DNA of 64,000 nucleotides, taken from Microcoleus sp. (lineage in GTDB: Bacteria > Cyanobacteriota > Cyanobacteriia > Cyanobacteriales > Microcoleaceae). The translations under genes and the position numbers were made by a program. The stretch covers positions 4,128,001 through 4,192,000 of the forward strand of contig CP181291.1 of assembly GCA_052279835.1 (NCBI GenBank). The letters run 5' to 3'. The notes below the pieces were generated by a model. It worked only from the letters and a program-made list of their open reading frames with translations, was not told the DNA's origin and ran no database searches. Below are positions 31,883 to 41,034 of the stretch, in pieces; positions within the stretch are counted from its first letter, which is position 1, and each line of letters starts with the position of its first letter.

Positions 31883-31973
31883 GTTGACTAAACCGTCAAC
31901 TAAATTTAGTCTAGCCTATGTTGATTTTCCCGTCAAGTGTTTTGTTGAATTTTTCATCAAAACAGGCTAGAAT
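31883..31973. promoter_or_regulatory. Divergent sigma70-type promoters with three palindromic operator-like boxes
   Basis: GTTGAC-N6-GTCAAC (31883), GTTGAT-N6-GTCAAG (31920), GTTGAA-N6-ATCAAA (31944); leftward TTGACG-17-TAGACT; rightward TTGAAT-17-TAGAAT. Confidence 0.75.
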
Positions 31974-31995
31974 GCTTGGAGGGAGGCGAAAAACC

Positions 31996-32331
31996 GTGGA
32001 ACAGACATTAGAACAGACCTTTGGAAGACTCATCCGTCAAGCTCGCAAGGACAAAGGATTCTCACAACGTGAGCTAGCGGGTATGCTAAGTGTGGATTTT
32101 ACCTATTTGTCGAAGTTGGAGAACGATCGCGCGGATTATGCGCCCAAAGAGGAGGTAATCCGATCGCTAGCACGGAATCTAGACATCAATGAGGAGGAAC
32201 TAATTTTCTTGGCGGGTAGACTGCCACAGCAGTACGAAGCTTTGCTGAAACAGAATCCGAAGGAAATGCAGGCTCTTTTCCGGCGGATGCAAGAAAATCC
32301 CGATTGGCTGAAAAATTCTTTGCAACCGTAA
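31996..32331 (+). CDS. XRE-family HTH transcriptional regulator
   Basis: FGRLIRQARKDKGFSQRELA...YLSKLEND; GGAGG 9 nt before GTG at 31996. Confidence 0.92.
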   Translation: MEQTLEQTFGRLIRQARKDKGFSQRELAGMLSVDFTYLSKLENDRADYAPKEEVIRSLARNLDINEEELIFLAGRLPQQYEALLKQNPKEMQALFRRMQENPDWLKNSLQP

Positions 32332-32346
32332 GAGAGGGCTCTCAAA

Positions 32347-33036
32347 GTGAGTATCTTTAAGCCGTATTGCTTCTACCCCAAAGAATCGATCGAGGGTTTG
32401 GCAAATGACATTCTGATGCAGATGCAAAAAACCCGAAATTTTGCTCCGAGATGGCCTTTTGAGGCGACAATGGTGGCTGATTTCCTGGATTTAGGAGTAG
32501 TTTGGGACTGGATTGAACCTGATGAAGAGGGTGCGATCGCTGCTAGAATTTTGCCGCAGCAACGGTTAATTGAAATCAACGAACAGATTTTGGCAAAGCC
32601 GTCTGGATTCATCGAATCTACCATCGCCCACGAAATTGGACACTGGGTGCTGCACATCAATCAAGACGCAGCAGACGGTGATGTGGAACCGTTGGAGTTA
32701 AATTTGGACAACGGAGGAAACACGGCGCAGGATGTGGAGGAACCGTTTGTCTGTCGAGGTGCGAGTGCTGATACCAAAATTGCATCGATCGAATGGCAAG
32801 CACAATATTTTGCCAGTTGTTTGTTGATGCCACGAGGTATTTTGGAGGAGAAAAGACAGGGACGGGATTTAACTAAATGGTCGCATTTATACAAAATGAG
32901 GGATGAATTGGGAGTGAGTATTTCCAATTTGACTAATCGTTTGCAAGAGTTTGGTTGGATTTATATTCCGAAGGGAACTCGCGAGATTTATGCGGGGAAG
33001 GATGTAGCTAATGGACAACAGCGATTGTTTGGGTAA
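32347..33036 (+). CDS. ImmA/IrrE-family zinc metallopeptidase
   Basis: TIAHEIGHW (HExxH) plus EWQAQYFASCLLMP; 15 bp after the XRE gene. Confidence 0.93.
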   Translation: MSIFKPYCFYPKESIEGLANDILMQMQKTRNFAPRWPFEATMVADFLDLGVVWDWIEPDEEGAIAARILPQQRLIEINEQILAKPSGFIESTIAHEIGHWVLHINQDAADGDVEPLELNLDNGGNTAQDVEEPFVCRGASADTKIASIEWQAQYFASCLLMPRGILEEKRQGRDLTKWSHLYKMRDELGVSISNLTNRLQEFGWIYIPKGTREIYAGKDVANGQQRLFG

Positions 33037-33102
33037 GCTGGTTTACGGTTGTTTTTGAGTGATTTAACCGCAGAGAGCGCAAATGGCGATAAAATCTTGA
33101 TA

Positions 33103-33239
33103 GGTTACGACGAATTTGGTCGCATCACCAGCGTTACCGATAAAAATTTACAGGTCACCAAATACGCTATCAAATTTTAGATAACGTTCAGAAATTATTT
33201 AATGATGCAGGCCTTAACGTAGGAGTAAAATATAATTAA
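33103..33239 (+). pseudogene. Rhs/YD-repeat fragment joined to a probable toxin C-terminal tail
   Basis: GYDEFGRITSVTDKNLQVTKY (33103-33165); another frame gives YQILDNVQKLFNDAGLNVGVKYN* ending directly at the next ATG. Confidence 0.6.
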
Positions 33240-33827
33240 ATGGTAACTTCCGATCAAAAAATAAAAGCCTTTTTTGAAGATACAATATTTGACATAGATG
33301 ACAAGGATGAAATCGATGCTTTCTTTAATAATTATTCGGATCGTAAAGTAATTCAATGCTTATCTGATAAGTTAAAGTCTTTATCTACTGAAAGATATAG
33401 CGATGAACCTTCATGGGTATTAGGAGGAATTTTTGGGCGTATTTCAAATAAATACTCTCTTGACACACAATTATTTCCATTGTTAAATACTTGTACCCTT
33501 GTTGAAAAAAAAGTATTCTTGAATTTTTTATCAGGGTATTTTGAGAGGGCAGAACCTGATGTTGAGATCGTAGTTAAAATCGCCGAAGAGATTGCATATA
33601 TAATTGCTAATCCTGATGATTTTAAATGGGATCGAGAGACAATAGCTTTAGGAATTGAAGCAGTTTTTCTTGCTTATTTAAATGTAAATAATAAAAAGTT
33701 ATTTCATGTGGATAAAATAATCGAAAATAAACTCATAAAAATGTTAAAAATTTTTAAGGCATATCTATCGGATTTTCTTCCTGAGTCTCAAGTTCACCAG
33801 TTCCTTTTAAGAGATTTTCATGAATAG
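33240..33827 (+). CDS. AT-rich hypothetical protein, possible orphan immunity protein
   Basis: 195-aa acidic ORF flanked by Rhs and HINT-like fragments; role inferred from context. Confidence 0.7.
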   Translation: MVTSDQKIKAFFEDTIFDIDDKDEIDAFFNNYSDRKVIQCLSDKLKSLSTERYSDEPSWVLGGIFGRISNKYSLDTQLFPLLNTCTLVEKKVFLNFLSGYFERAEPDVEIVVKIAEEIAYIIANPDDFKWDRETIALGIEAVFLAYLNVNNKKLFHVDKIIENKLIKMLKIFKAYLSDFLPESQVHQFLLRDFHE

Positions 33828-33830
33828 CCC

Positions 33831-33909
33831 TCTTCTGTCGATCGGGTTGAGAAACGAGAAGAACCGTTTGAGGTTTACAATTTTAATGTTGAGGGTATCC
33901 CGACTTTTT
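33831..33909 (+). pseudogene. Pretoxin HINT C-terminal fragment
   Basis: VDRVEKREEPFEVYNFNVEGIPTF resembles the VYNxxV block; terminal HN is missing. Confidence 0.6.
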
Positions 33910-34055
33910 CCCAAAAATAATGAGTTCTGAGTTTTGGATTCCGAGTTTAGTAAAAAACTCAAACCTCAAAACTCAAAACTCAAAATTCTCCCAGACTAAT
34001 AACTGATTAAAACAGTCGATCGCCTGACACAATGAAGTAGACCTGAGACTATCAA

Positions 34056-34817
34056 TTACCGACCCCGGCGAGGCACCATCGTCTCGATATTGATATTAGC
34101 CAGAGGAACGCGCTGTGGAGGAGTAGCAGGCGCTGGCATATTGCGAGCCATACCCAGGTAATTTGCCGGATCTCCAGCTCTGAGCTGCTTCTCTTGAGGC
34201 ACAAAACGGCGTACAGAGCTCTGCCAAATGATTTGTGGGAAGCCAAGCTGCGAGCGGTGGTACTCACCGTAGCGAGGAGTCTTCAAGTTAAAGGGTGTCT
34301 CCCCTGCAACTCGCTGAGGCAAGATGCGGCGCTGCTGATAAGGCACTGTATCGTAGCCGAACTTATTCAGGTACTCATCGCTATTGAGCAAGTCGTCAAT
34401 AAAGCCTTGAGGCCCTTTATTAGCTACGACGATCGACCAAGCAATCTTTTCGCGCTCGCTGTAAACATCCCGGCCCAAAATGCGCTGAACGCACATTTCG
34501 ACAAAGCGGTAGTTGCTGTTAGTTTGATAATTCCGTTCCAAGAAAGGGAACGAAGTAGCCAAACCGCGAATAAAATCCCGCACTGTAATTTGGCCGAACT
34601 TGAGTTGCGACTCCAAAGACTTTTGGCGGTTGCTCTTAAGGATTTGGTGTTCGCTGTAAATCTGGCGATATCCAGCCCAAATCAAATTTTCCATGTCCCC
34701 CGACGAGAGCACATTTTCAGTTGTGAAAATTCTGGGCTGCTCGTCGCCTCCGACTTCATAGCCAGCTACGCGCTGGTTTTGGCTCTTAGGAGCGTAGTTC
34801 AACAAAGGAAGCGCCAC
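34056..34817 (-). CDS. cpcG: Phycobilisome rod-core linker
   Basis: [36 protein letters not shown]; hydrophilic C-terminus, so not CpcL-type. Confidence 0.95.
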   Translation of the reverse strand: MALPLLNYAPKSQNQRVAGYEVGGDEQPRIFTTENVLSSGDMENLIWAGYRQIYSEHQILKSNRQKSLESQLKFGQITVRDFIRGLATSFPFLERNYQTNSNYRFVEMCVQRILGRDVYSEREKIAWSIVVANKGPQGFIDDLLNSDEYLNKFGYDTVPYQQRRILPQRVAGETPFNLKTPRYGEYHRSQLGFPQIIWQSSVRRFVPQEKQLRAGDPANYLGMARNMPAPATPPQRVPLANINIETMVPRRGR

Positions 34818-34874
34818 GTTATAATCTCCGTTATCTCAAATTTTCACAAATAGCTGATACTGCGATCGGCCAGC

Positions 34875-35075
34875 TTGACACTCTCAGGGCTGAAGCCACT
34901 GAGATTCTTGGTTCACTGATATACCTTTAAACTGTCCATCCTTTCGGCAATATTTAAACCTAAAATCCGTTCAATTGAACCAAGTTTTGAGCCTAATTTA
35001 AACAGCCTTAGAGGGCTTATCTCCCCAAGCGTTAGAGAATCACTTCTCTTGTTTCCGTGTGCCCCACGGTACACC
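34875..35075 (-). mobile_element. tnpB 3'-end and right-end remnant between cpcS and cpcG
   Basis: Minus strand encodes TVGHTET (as in the tnpB fragment at 38551) and ends GAATCTCAGTGGCTTCAGCCCTGAGAGTGTCAA. Confidence 0.75.
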
Positions 35076-35196
35076 TAATTAAATAGATTAGGGGATTCTC
35101 GCAGCCTAAATCTGATTTTCCTGAATTTTTGCAACAATCTGTAATATTGTTGACGGTTGACGGTTGTCAGTTGGCTGTTGGCTACCAACAACCAAA

Positions 35197-35796
35197 TTAC
35201 CAGCCCAAGGCTGAGTAGAACTTGGTAGTGACTGGCTGAGCCTCTGCTGCTGGCTTCGTGGCATCGGCATCGGGTTCCACGCGAACTTCTGTACAAAAAG
35301 TGGAAGTGCTGAAACCGCCAAAGCGCTTTACCGTACTTGTCCGCATCCGTACATTGGGACCTGCGAACCAGAAACGCTCGATCGAGCTCATAGTCTCGTA
35401 TTCGGTAATCAGCAGCAGCCCATCCTCATCATCCATCTCAAAACGACCAGCCACCGGCACAATTTCCGCATAGCCACGTTCCCGCAACATCAAACCTTGG
35501 CGCGGCTTTTCAGGATCGGGGACGATCGCGAACACCGTAGAGCCTTTATGATTCTCATCATCCTTATCCCAGGCCATGGAGCCATGCCAAGTCACAAAAG
35601 CGCCTCCGGCAGCCCGACTGGGCTCAATTTCGTGCATCTGACAAATCTCGGCTACTCGCGTGTCATCGGCACCAAGGGCCGTCACCTCAATATTGGAATC
35701 CCCAATTTCCGTTTGGCGGAAAGGGAGGTGGTGAGTGCTGCGCTGCGATCGCCACTTCCCTGCACTGCTGTGAAAAAACTCCATTGCATCCATCAT
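35197..35796 (-). CDS. cpcS: CpcS/CpeS-type phycobiliprotein lyase
   Basis: EFFHSSAGKWRSQRSTHHL, RERGYAE, ERFWF motifs. Confidence 0.9.
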   Translation of the reverse strand: MMDAMEFFHSSAGKWRSQRSTHHLPFRQTEIGDSNIEVTALGADDTRVAEICQMHEIEPSRAAGGAFVTWHGSMAWDKDDENHKGSTVFAIVPDPEKPRQGLMLRERGYAEIVPVAGRFEMDDEDGLLLITEYETMSSIERFWFAGPNVRMRTSTVKRFGGFSTSTFCTEVRVEPDADATKPAAEAQPVTTKFYSALGW

Positions 35797-36028
35797 AAAT
35801 AGCTCCTTTGGCTTAGTCTTCGCGGTTTGTACGTTTTTTTATGATAAAGCTCCCCCCACTTAGATGTACTTTTATGGCACAAATTAGTAGCAAAATGTGC
35901 ACCTTGGACAGATTGTCAAGTGAATGTTATGATAGTTTACAATGTAGGAACAAAAGAAATCCAGCGAAACGTGATTTCGATATATCTGATTTCGATTTAT
36001 CTCATGTAGCAAAGTGGAGGAGCGATTT

Positions 36029-36196
36029 ATGGATATGCCTATAAGTCTGAGCATGGAACAGCAGTTCAAACTGCAAGTGTTGCGAGAACAAGTCAAAACC
36101 TTAAGTCAAAATGAAGCTCAGGAATATCTACTAGAGGTGATGCGGCAAAATATGGTCAAAGAAAACCTATTGAAGTTTTGGATGAAGAAAGGCTGA
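36029..36196 (+). CDS. nblA: Phycobilisome degradation protein NblA
   Basis: LSMEQQFKL...LSQNEAQEYL...MRQNMVKEN; GGAGG RBS. Confidence 0.9.
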   Translation: MDMPISLSMEQQFKLQVLREQVKTLSQNEAQEYLLEVMRQNMVKENLLKFWMKKG

Positions 36197-36342
36197 TCGA
36201 GTTGGCTGAAGCAGAAGTCGGGAATTTGCCGCAGGATTCCCACAACTCCCGACTTCTGGAATTTCTCCTAGAATACCCAAAAAGCTGGCGCACAACAGGC
36301 TGTTTGCCCTGTTCTACAGCAATTATGGGAGATGTCTGATAT

Positions 36343-37452
36343 TTAACCTTTGATAACTTGTCGCATTTGCTCCCAGTGCGATCGATATTGTGCGATCGCC
36401 CGATCGCCAAAAGGCAGTAGAAACTCGCTGCGATCGAGAATCTTGGCATCGGGTAATAGTACAGGATTAGTCCGAACCTCCTCCGGCAAATTCTCCGGTT
36501 TCATCCCCACAACAATCGGCGAACTAACTTTACTCAGCAAAGATAATTGAGGCGCAACAGAAGGTTGCAAACAAAAATTAATCCATTTTGCTACTAAGGG
36601 TACTGGATTTCCTGACGCAGGTTCTACCCACAAATCTGTCCAAAGTGCAGTGCCCGCCAGGGGAACTACTAAGGCTAGATCTTTTTGAGTTGCCAGCAGT
36701 GGTAGGATGTCTGCTGATGAACCAACGGCTAACCAAGTATCACCTAAAATCAAAGGTTGCAGGTAAGCATCGGAACTATAAAATTTAACTTGCTGATGTA
36801 ATTTTGCCAGTTCTGTTTTGAGGTTAGAAACTTTATCTAACTCCTGGGTATTGTAGGATTTGCCTAACTTTTTTAAAGTTAAACCAATGACTTCTCTGGC
36901 ATTGTTCGGTAGAGAAAGGCGATCGCGCAATTCCTCACGCCATAGGTCTTTCCAATCTGTAGGAGTCCATCCCAAAGCCTTAAATTTGTCAGTGCGGTAG
37001 GCAATTACAGTGCTTCCCCACCGATAAGGTGTGGCCCAAATTTTACCTTTAGGGTCTAACTGACCCTCATTATTTCGTCTTACCAGTGTTCGCCATCTTT
37101 CGGGGATTTGTGGCCAGTTAGAAAATTTCTGGGGATCGATCGGTCTAATTAATTCTTGCCTAATTGCCAAAGTCAGCCAGTAATCTCCCAGCATCACTAA
37201 GTCAGCTTGATTTTTGGTTTGGGGACTCCGTTTCCAGTCTTGCAATAGGGCGAACAATTCTGTTAATTGGGTTGACTGCGTTACCTGCAAAACTGAAGAG
37301 GGTTTTGAATCGAGGCTAAACTTGCTGACGAGTTGGGCCGGAATCGCATTTTTGAGCGATCGAATTTTGAGACTAGGCTTCGACTCACACGCAGCAGCCA
37401 ATTGACTTAAAGTTAGGGTAGCTGTCCCCAATAGCAAAGACCTTCGTTTCAC
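36343..37452 (-). CDS. ABC transporter solute-binding lipoprotein (PotD/PotF-like)
   Basis: KRRSLL Tat-like signal with LAAAC; PYRWGSTVIAY, DWKDLW, GTALWTDLW. Confidence 0.85.
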   Translation of the reverse strand: MKRRSLLLGTATLTLSQLAAACESKPSLKIRSLKNAIPAQLVSKFSLDSKPSSVLQVTQSTQLTELFALLQDWKRSPQTKNQADLVMLGDYWLTLAIRQELIRPIDPQKFSNWPQIPERWRTLVRRNNEGQLDPKGKIWATPYRWGSTVIAYRTDKFKALGWTPTDWKDLWREELRDRLSLPNNAREVIGLTLKKLGKSYNTQELDKVSNLKTELAKLHQQVKFYSSDAYLQPLILGDTWLAVGSSADILPLLATQKDLALVVPLAGTALWTDLWVEPASGNPVPLVAKWINFCLQPSVAPQLSLLSKVSSPIVVGMKPENLPEEVRTNPVLLPDAKILDRSEFLLPFGDRAIAQYRSHWEQMRQVIKG

Positions 37453-38023
37453 TTTTGAATGCGCTTTTCTAAATATTTACCGATGGTTTTGTGTTCTGTG
37501 GCCGGAGAAATAATCTTTGGTCGAATCCAGTACGGGGAGGCGATTTGTGTTATTTCTTCCTCAAACACAGAGCCATTGTACTCGGTTTTTCCACACAAAG
37601 TTGCAGCCTGGGCTGCTGAAAATTCTCTTTTTGAGGGCGTAATCGTCCCCAAGCCGCCGTGGCCCTCACTTTGGCGATCGCAAACATGAGGTACAGCAGC
37701 CCAGGGGCAATTTACTTTTACGAAGGGGAACACCACTAATTGACGCCACGGATAGATTGACGCTCTGGTCGATCGCAGACCATATTTTTTATTTAACAAC
37801 GGATGAATCTGGAGGAAGACACCCAAGGCATGAAGGTCAAGGAAACTTTCAAATTGAGGAACAAATACCTATAATTTTTGCTGAAATGTATCGCCTCAAT
37901 CTACCCTCATGATTTATATCACAAGAGTTGGCTCAAAAATTAAATAATTTGGTGATAAATCACACTTATGTAATCATTTGCCTAATATATAAACATATAA
38001 GTTAAGATACACAGGACTGATTT

Positions 38024-38407
38024 ATGGAAGCGCTTCGTCAACAAGTTTCACTATTGACTGAAAAAGTCAATGACCTCTACAAACTCATAGAAAATCTCAA
38101 TCAAAATTTATTGGAGTCAGCTAACCAAACTAAGCTAGTCCAGCAACAGAACAACCAGCGATCGAGCATCGAAGGCAGTGAGGCGATCTCTGCCTACCCC
38201 GCCTACAGCAGTCTCGACGCGATGCTCGATCACAAAGACATCCTATTGGATGACAGTTACTTTGACAAAAATTCTCAAAACCTCGAAAAAGAACTGACAA
38301 CCGATATTCAAATCCAGCGCCTAACCGCGCAGCTCACAGCAGCTTACAATCGGATTGCCGCCCTGGAGGAACAGTTGCTGTCAAAAAGAATACACTCACA
38401 AAAATAG
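38024..38407 (+). CDS. Hypothetical coiled-coil protein
   Basis: AGGA RBS; heptad segments including QIQRLTAQLTAAYNRIAALEEQLL. Confidence 0.8.
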   Translation: MEALRQQVSLLTEKVNDLYKLIENLNQNLLESANQTKLVQQQNNQRSSIEGSEAISAYPAYSSLDAMLDHKDILLDDSYFDKNSQNLEKELTTDIQIQRLTAQLTAAYNRIAALEEQLLSKRIHSQK

Positions 38408-38494
38408 ACAAGTTTCATTGAAAAATGATAGTAGATATCTCAACAAAAATTCGTCACCAAATATAGCCACTTCCACCAGGAATTTAGTTGTCAG

Positions 38495-39022
38495 AAAACA
38501 GGGTTGAAAACCCCGTCCTTTTAGGACGGCTTTAATTGTAAAAACATGCTGTGAAATTAGCAAGGTGCGTAATCTCATCAAACGATGTAGTGGTCTACGA
38601 AGATTTGAGAATCAAAAACATGGTGAAAAATCCTTGTCTGGCTAAGTCTATTAACGATGCTTCTTGGTATCATTTCCGTATCTGGATTGAATACTTTGGC
38701 AAAGTATTTCAGAGAGTAACGGTTGCGGTGAATCCCCAATACACCAGCCAAGAATGCTCTAGTTGCGGTGAAATTGTCAAGAAAACACTATCTACCAGAA
38801 CTCACGTTTGCAAGTGTGGTTGTACGCTTGATAGAGATTTTAACGCAGCTAGAAACATCCTGAATCGAGGATTGGGTACGGTAGGGCATACCGAAACCTT
38901 TGCATTAGATGCAAGCAACGCTTTAGGAGAATTGACCTCTACTTTTGCTGGAGAAATCCTGCATCAGCAAGTTGGCTCGTAGATTAAAAAATCCCTGCGC
39001 GTTCACGCCAGCGGAGTGTCAA
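38495..39022 (+). mobile_element. tnpB: Internally deleted IS605-type element with truncated tnpB (about 38580-38982)
   Basis: Left-end hairpin CCGTCCTTTTAGGACGG; YEDL, CSSC..CKC, DRDFNAA present but RuvC-I and N-terminus missing; ends GGAGTGTCAA. Confidence 0.85.
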
Positions 39023-40113
39023 AAGCGCGAGGCTAAACCTTCAACAGCTTCTAGAAGTTGGGATGGAGTCCAATTTGCCATGATGTTAGATGCGATCGCA
39101 CACGCTCCAGCACCGACACCTTCTTTGACATATCCGCGATCGTAAGCTTGAAGTTGGGGATAAGCAGAACCTGCAAAACTTAGCTGTGCCGCCAACAAAG
39201 GTACACCGCCTACTTCATTAGCGAGTCCTACCGTGTCCCCTGTAGGGTCTTGAGCCACCCAGCCAGTGGTCCCCACCACCACTCGTTCGGGACACCATAC
39301 AAGAGCATATTCGCGGGCGATCGCCTCCATCAAAGCATAGACAGCCAGCATTTGAGTGCCACCAGCCAGCATGACGCCACAAGTCCGACTCGCCGCGATC
39401 GCCATTGCCGCCGTCGCTATCTGCATGGGATCTCCCACCGCAGCCACCAATTCCAGAGGAGATATTTTCCCCCCCATTTTCCAGCCCACCATCTCTAGTC
39501 CTGTGGTGACTGCGACCAATTTTTGAGCATGATTGCACTGAAGGTGACTGCTATTAACCTTCCCCGCCGCCGCTATACCCAAGCCCATTAATACAGCCAA
39601 AGCCGTAGTCGTACCGCCAACCACGCACTCCCCTAAAATGAGGTAGCTATCATCGGTGGTAGCAGCTAATTCAGCTCCCCACATTAATCCTTGTACCAGC
39701 AAATGTTCCACTGTTTCCAGTGGTAAAGCCCTCCCCGATGTCAGACATTTGGCCCTTTGCCCCCCTAAATCTATGGTAGGTACGGGAGGAAGCAAGGGCA
39801 AACCAGCGTTAAATAGGTAAAGGGGAATTTCCAAAGCCTCGACTACAGCACGAGATATCAGTACCGGCGAGGCGCCTGCTTCTAGGGGTGGCAAGGGATA
39901 TTGGGGCTGAATTTGGGGGCCGTTATACAAAAATTCTGCATCTGCTAAACAGGTAAATTGGCGATCGTGGGGAGTTGCACCTGCTGCGGAAATACCGGGA
40001 ATTAAGCCAGTATCAGTAAATCCTAAAATGCAGGCAAATATGGGTTTTTTCCCCCGATAGGATTCCACCCACCTTTTGCCCTGTTGAATTTCTGTATAAA
40101 TATCAATCATCAT
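39019..40113 (-). CDS. cobT: Nicotinate mononucleotide-dependent phosphoribosyltransferase CobT (cyanobacterial/archaeal type)
   Basis: PGISAAG, GECVVGGTTTA, LAGGTQM, GYVKEGVGAG. Confidence 0.88.
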   Translation of the reverse strand: MMIDIYTEIQQGKRWVESYRGKKPIFACILGFTDTGLIPGISAAGATPHDRQFTCLADAEFLYNGPQIQPQYPLPPLEAGASPVLISRAVVEALEIPLYLFNAGLPLLPPVPTIDLGGQRAKCLTSGRALPLETVEHLLVQGLMWGAELAATTDDSYLILGECVVGGTTTALAVLMGLGIAAAGKVNSSHLQCNHAQKLVAVTTGLEMVGWKMGGKISPLELVAAVGDPMQIATAAMAIAASRTCGVMLAGGTQMLAVYALMEAIAREYALVWCPERVVVGTTGWVAQDPTGDTVGLANEVGGVPLLAAQLSFAGSAYPQLQAYDRGYVKEGVGAGACAIASNIMANWTPSQLLEAVEGLASRF

Positions 40114-40141
40114 TAGTTATTAGTTATTGGGTCTTCAATAA

Positions 40142-40912
40142 CTATTCTTCGTAATCAATCAAAACTTGTACCCAGCGTGGTGGTCGGGGGATGGGATTTC
40201 CTAAACGATCTAACAACAGCAAAGCTACTAAATGTACTACGAATAAATAGATAATATTATTAACTAAAATCATCCCGGCCGCGATCGCCTGAATCGTGTT
40301 CAAACTCGGCACGCTCAGCCAACCTAGTTTCACAAACACCCATTCCACCATCTCTGCTACTTGGGCGGTGACATAAACCCAGAGGTCTTGGCCCACCAAG
40401 GCTGACAGCAGCCAAAACCGAAAAAAGAAGCCAAAAGTCCCAATTAGCGCGCCCAAACTAATCGAAACAGACCAACTGGTTTTGCGCATCCACAGTCCTC
40501 CGAGGGCAACTCCCATGATCCCAAAAGGTATGACGTATAAAATGCTGCGGGTCGGACCCATGAGTACCGATAGTAACAAACCCGAAACTAAAGCCGCCAT
40601 CCAAGCGGCCCGCTGACCCCAGCGCAGGTAGACTAGGGCAATGGGTACTGGAAAGAAGACTCGCAGCAAAGGTCCCAGTGGAAAGTAGTAATTGACTAGC
40701 CAAATCAAGCTAGCGGTACTTGCTAAAAATGCCGTTTCCACTAGCCTCAAAGGTGCGGTGCTAGATCTGTCTGAGGTTCGGTCTGGGCTGTCTGAGTCTG
40801 GATTTGTGCGATCGGCGGACAAAGCTGAAATAGCTGGGTGCTGCGGGTCGTTATTTGTATTAGGCGAACTGCTCACATTTGATGCAGAATCTGCTGAGAA
40901 AAAATCACTCAT
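40142..40912 (-). CDS. DUF2232-like multi-pass membrane protein
   Basis: LVETAFLASTASLIW, FPVPIALVYLRWG; several TM helices. Confidence 0.8.
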   Translation of the reverse strand: MSDFFSADSASNVSSSPNTNNDPQHPAISALSADRTNPDSDSPDRTSDRSSTAPLRLVETAFLASTASLIWLVNYYFPLGPLLRVFFPVPIALVYLRWGQRAAWMAALVSGLLLSVLMGPTRSILYVIPFGIMGVALGGLWMRKTSWSVSISLGALIGTFGFFFRFWLLSALVGQDLWVYVTAQVAEMVEWVFVKLGWLSVPSLNTIQAIAAGMILVNNIIYLFVVHLVALLLLDRLGNPIPRPPRWVQVLIDYEE

Positions 40913-41034
40913 CCGATTTTAGATTTTATATTTTAAATTTTAGGTTTCACCAGACTAGAAACCAGTTTTTTTGAGTCGATAAATCCTAGCCCAATTTAAT
41001 ATTTATCCCAAACTTCTGGTTTCTGGTCGTCAGT

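Noticed and set aside
31918..31995. XRE start at ATG 31918
   Set aside because: Lies within the operator/promoter region upstream of the predicted -10; GTG 31996 has a GGAGG RBS
27997..33827. Intact prophage or ICE
   Set aside because: No integrase, terminase, capsid or conjugation genes and no att repeats seen; a remote mobile origin is not excluded
34194..34853. 219-aa plus-strand ORF
   Set aside because: Antisense shadow of cpcG with no recognisable motif
37449..37826. 125-aa minus-strand ORF upstream of the solute-binding gene
   Set aside because: No motif, weak start and competing ORF on the other strand; cannot be supported, although the 4-nt overlap leaves it possible
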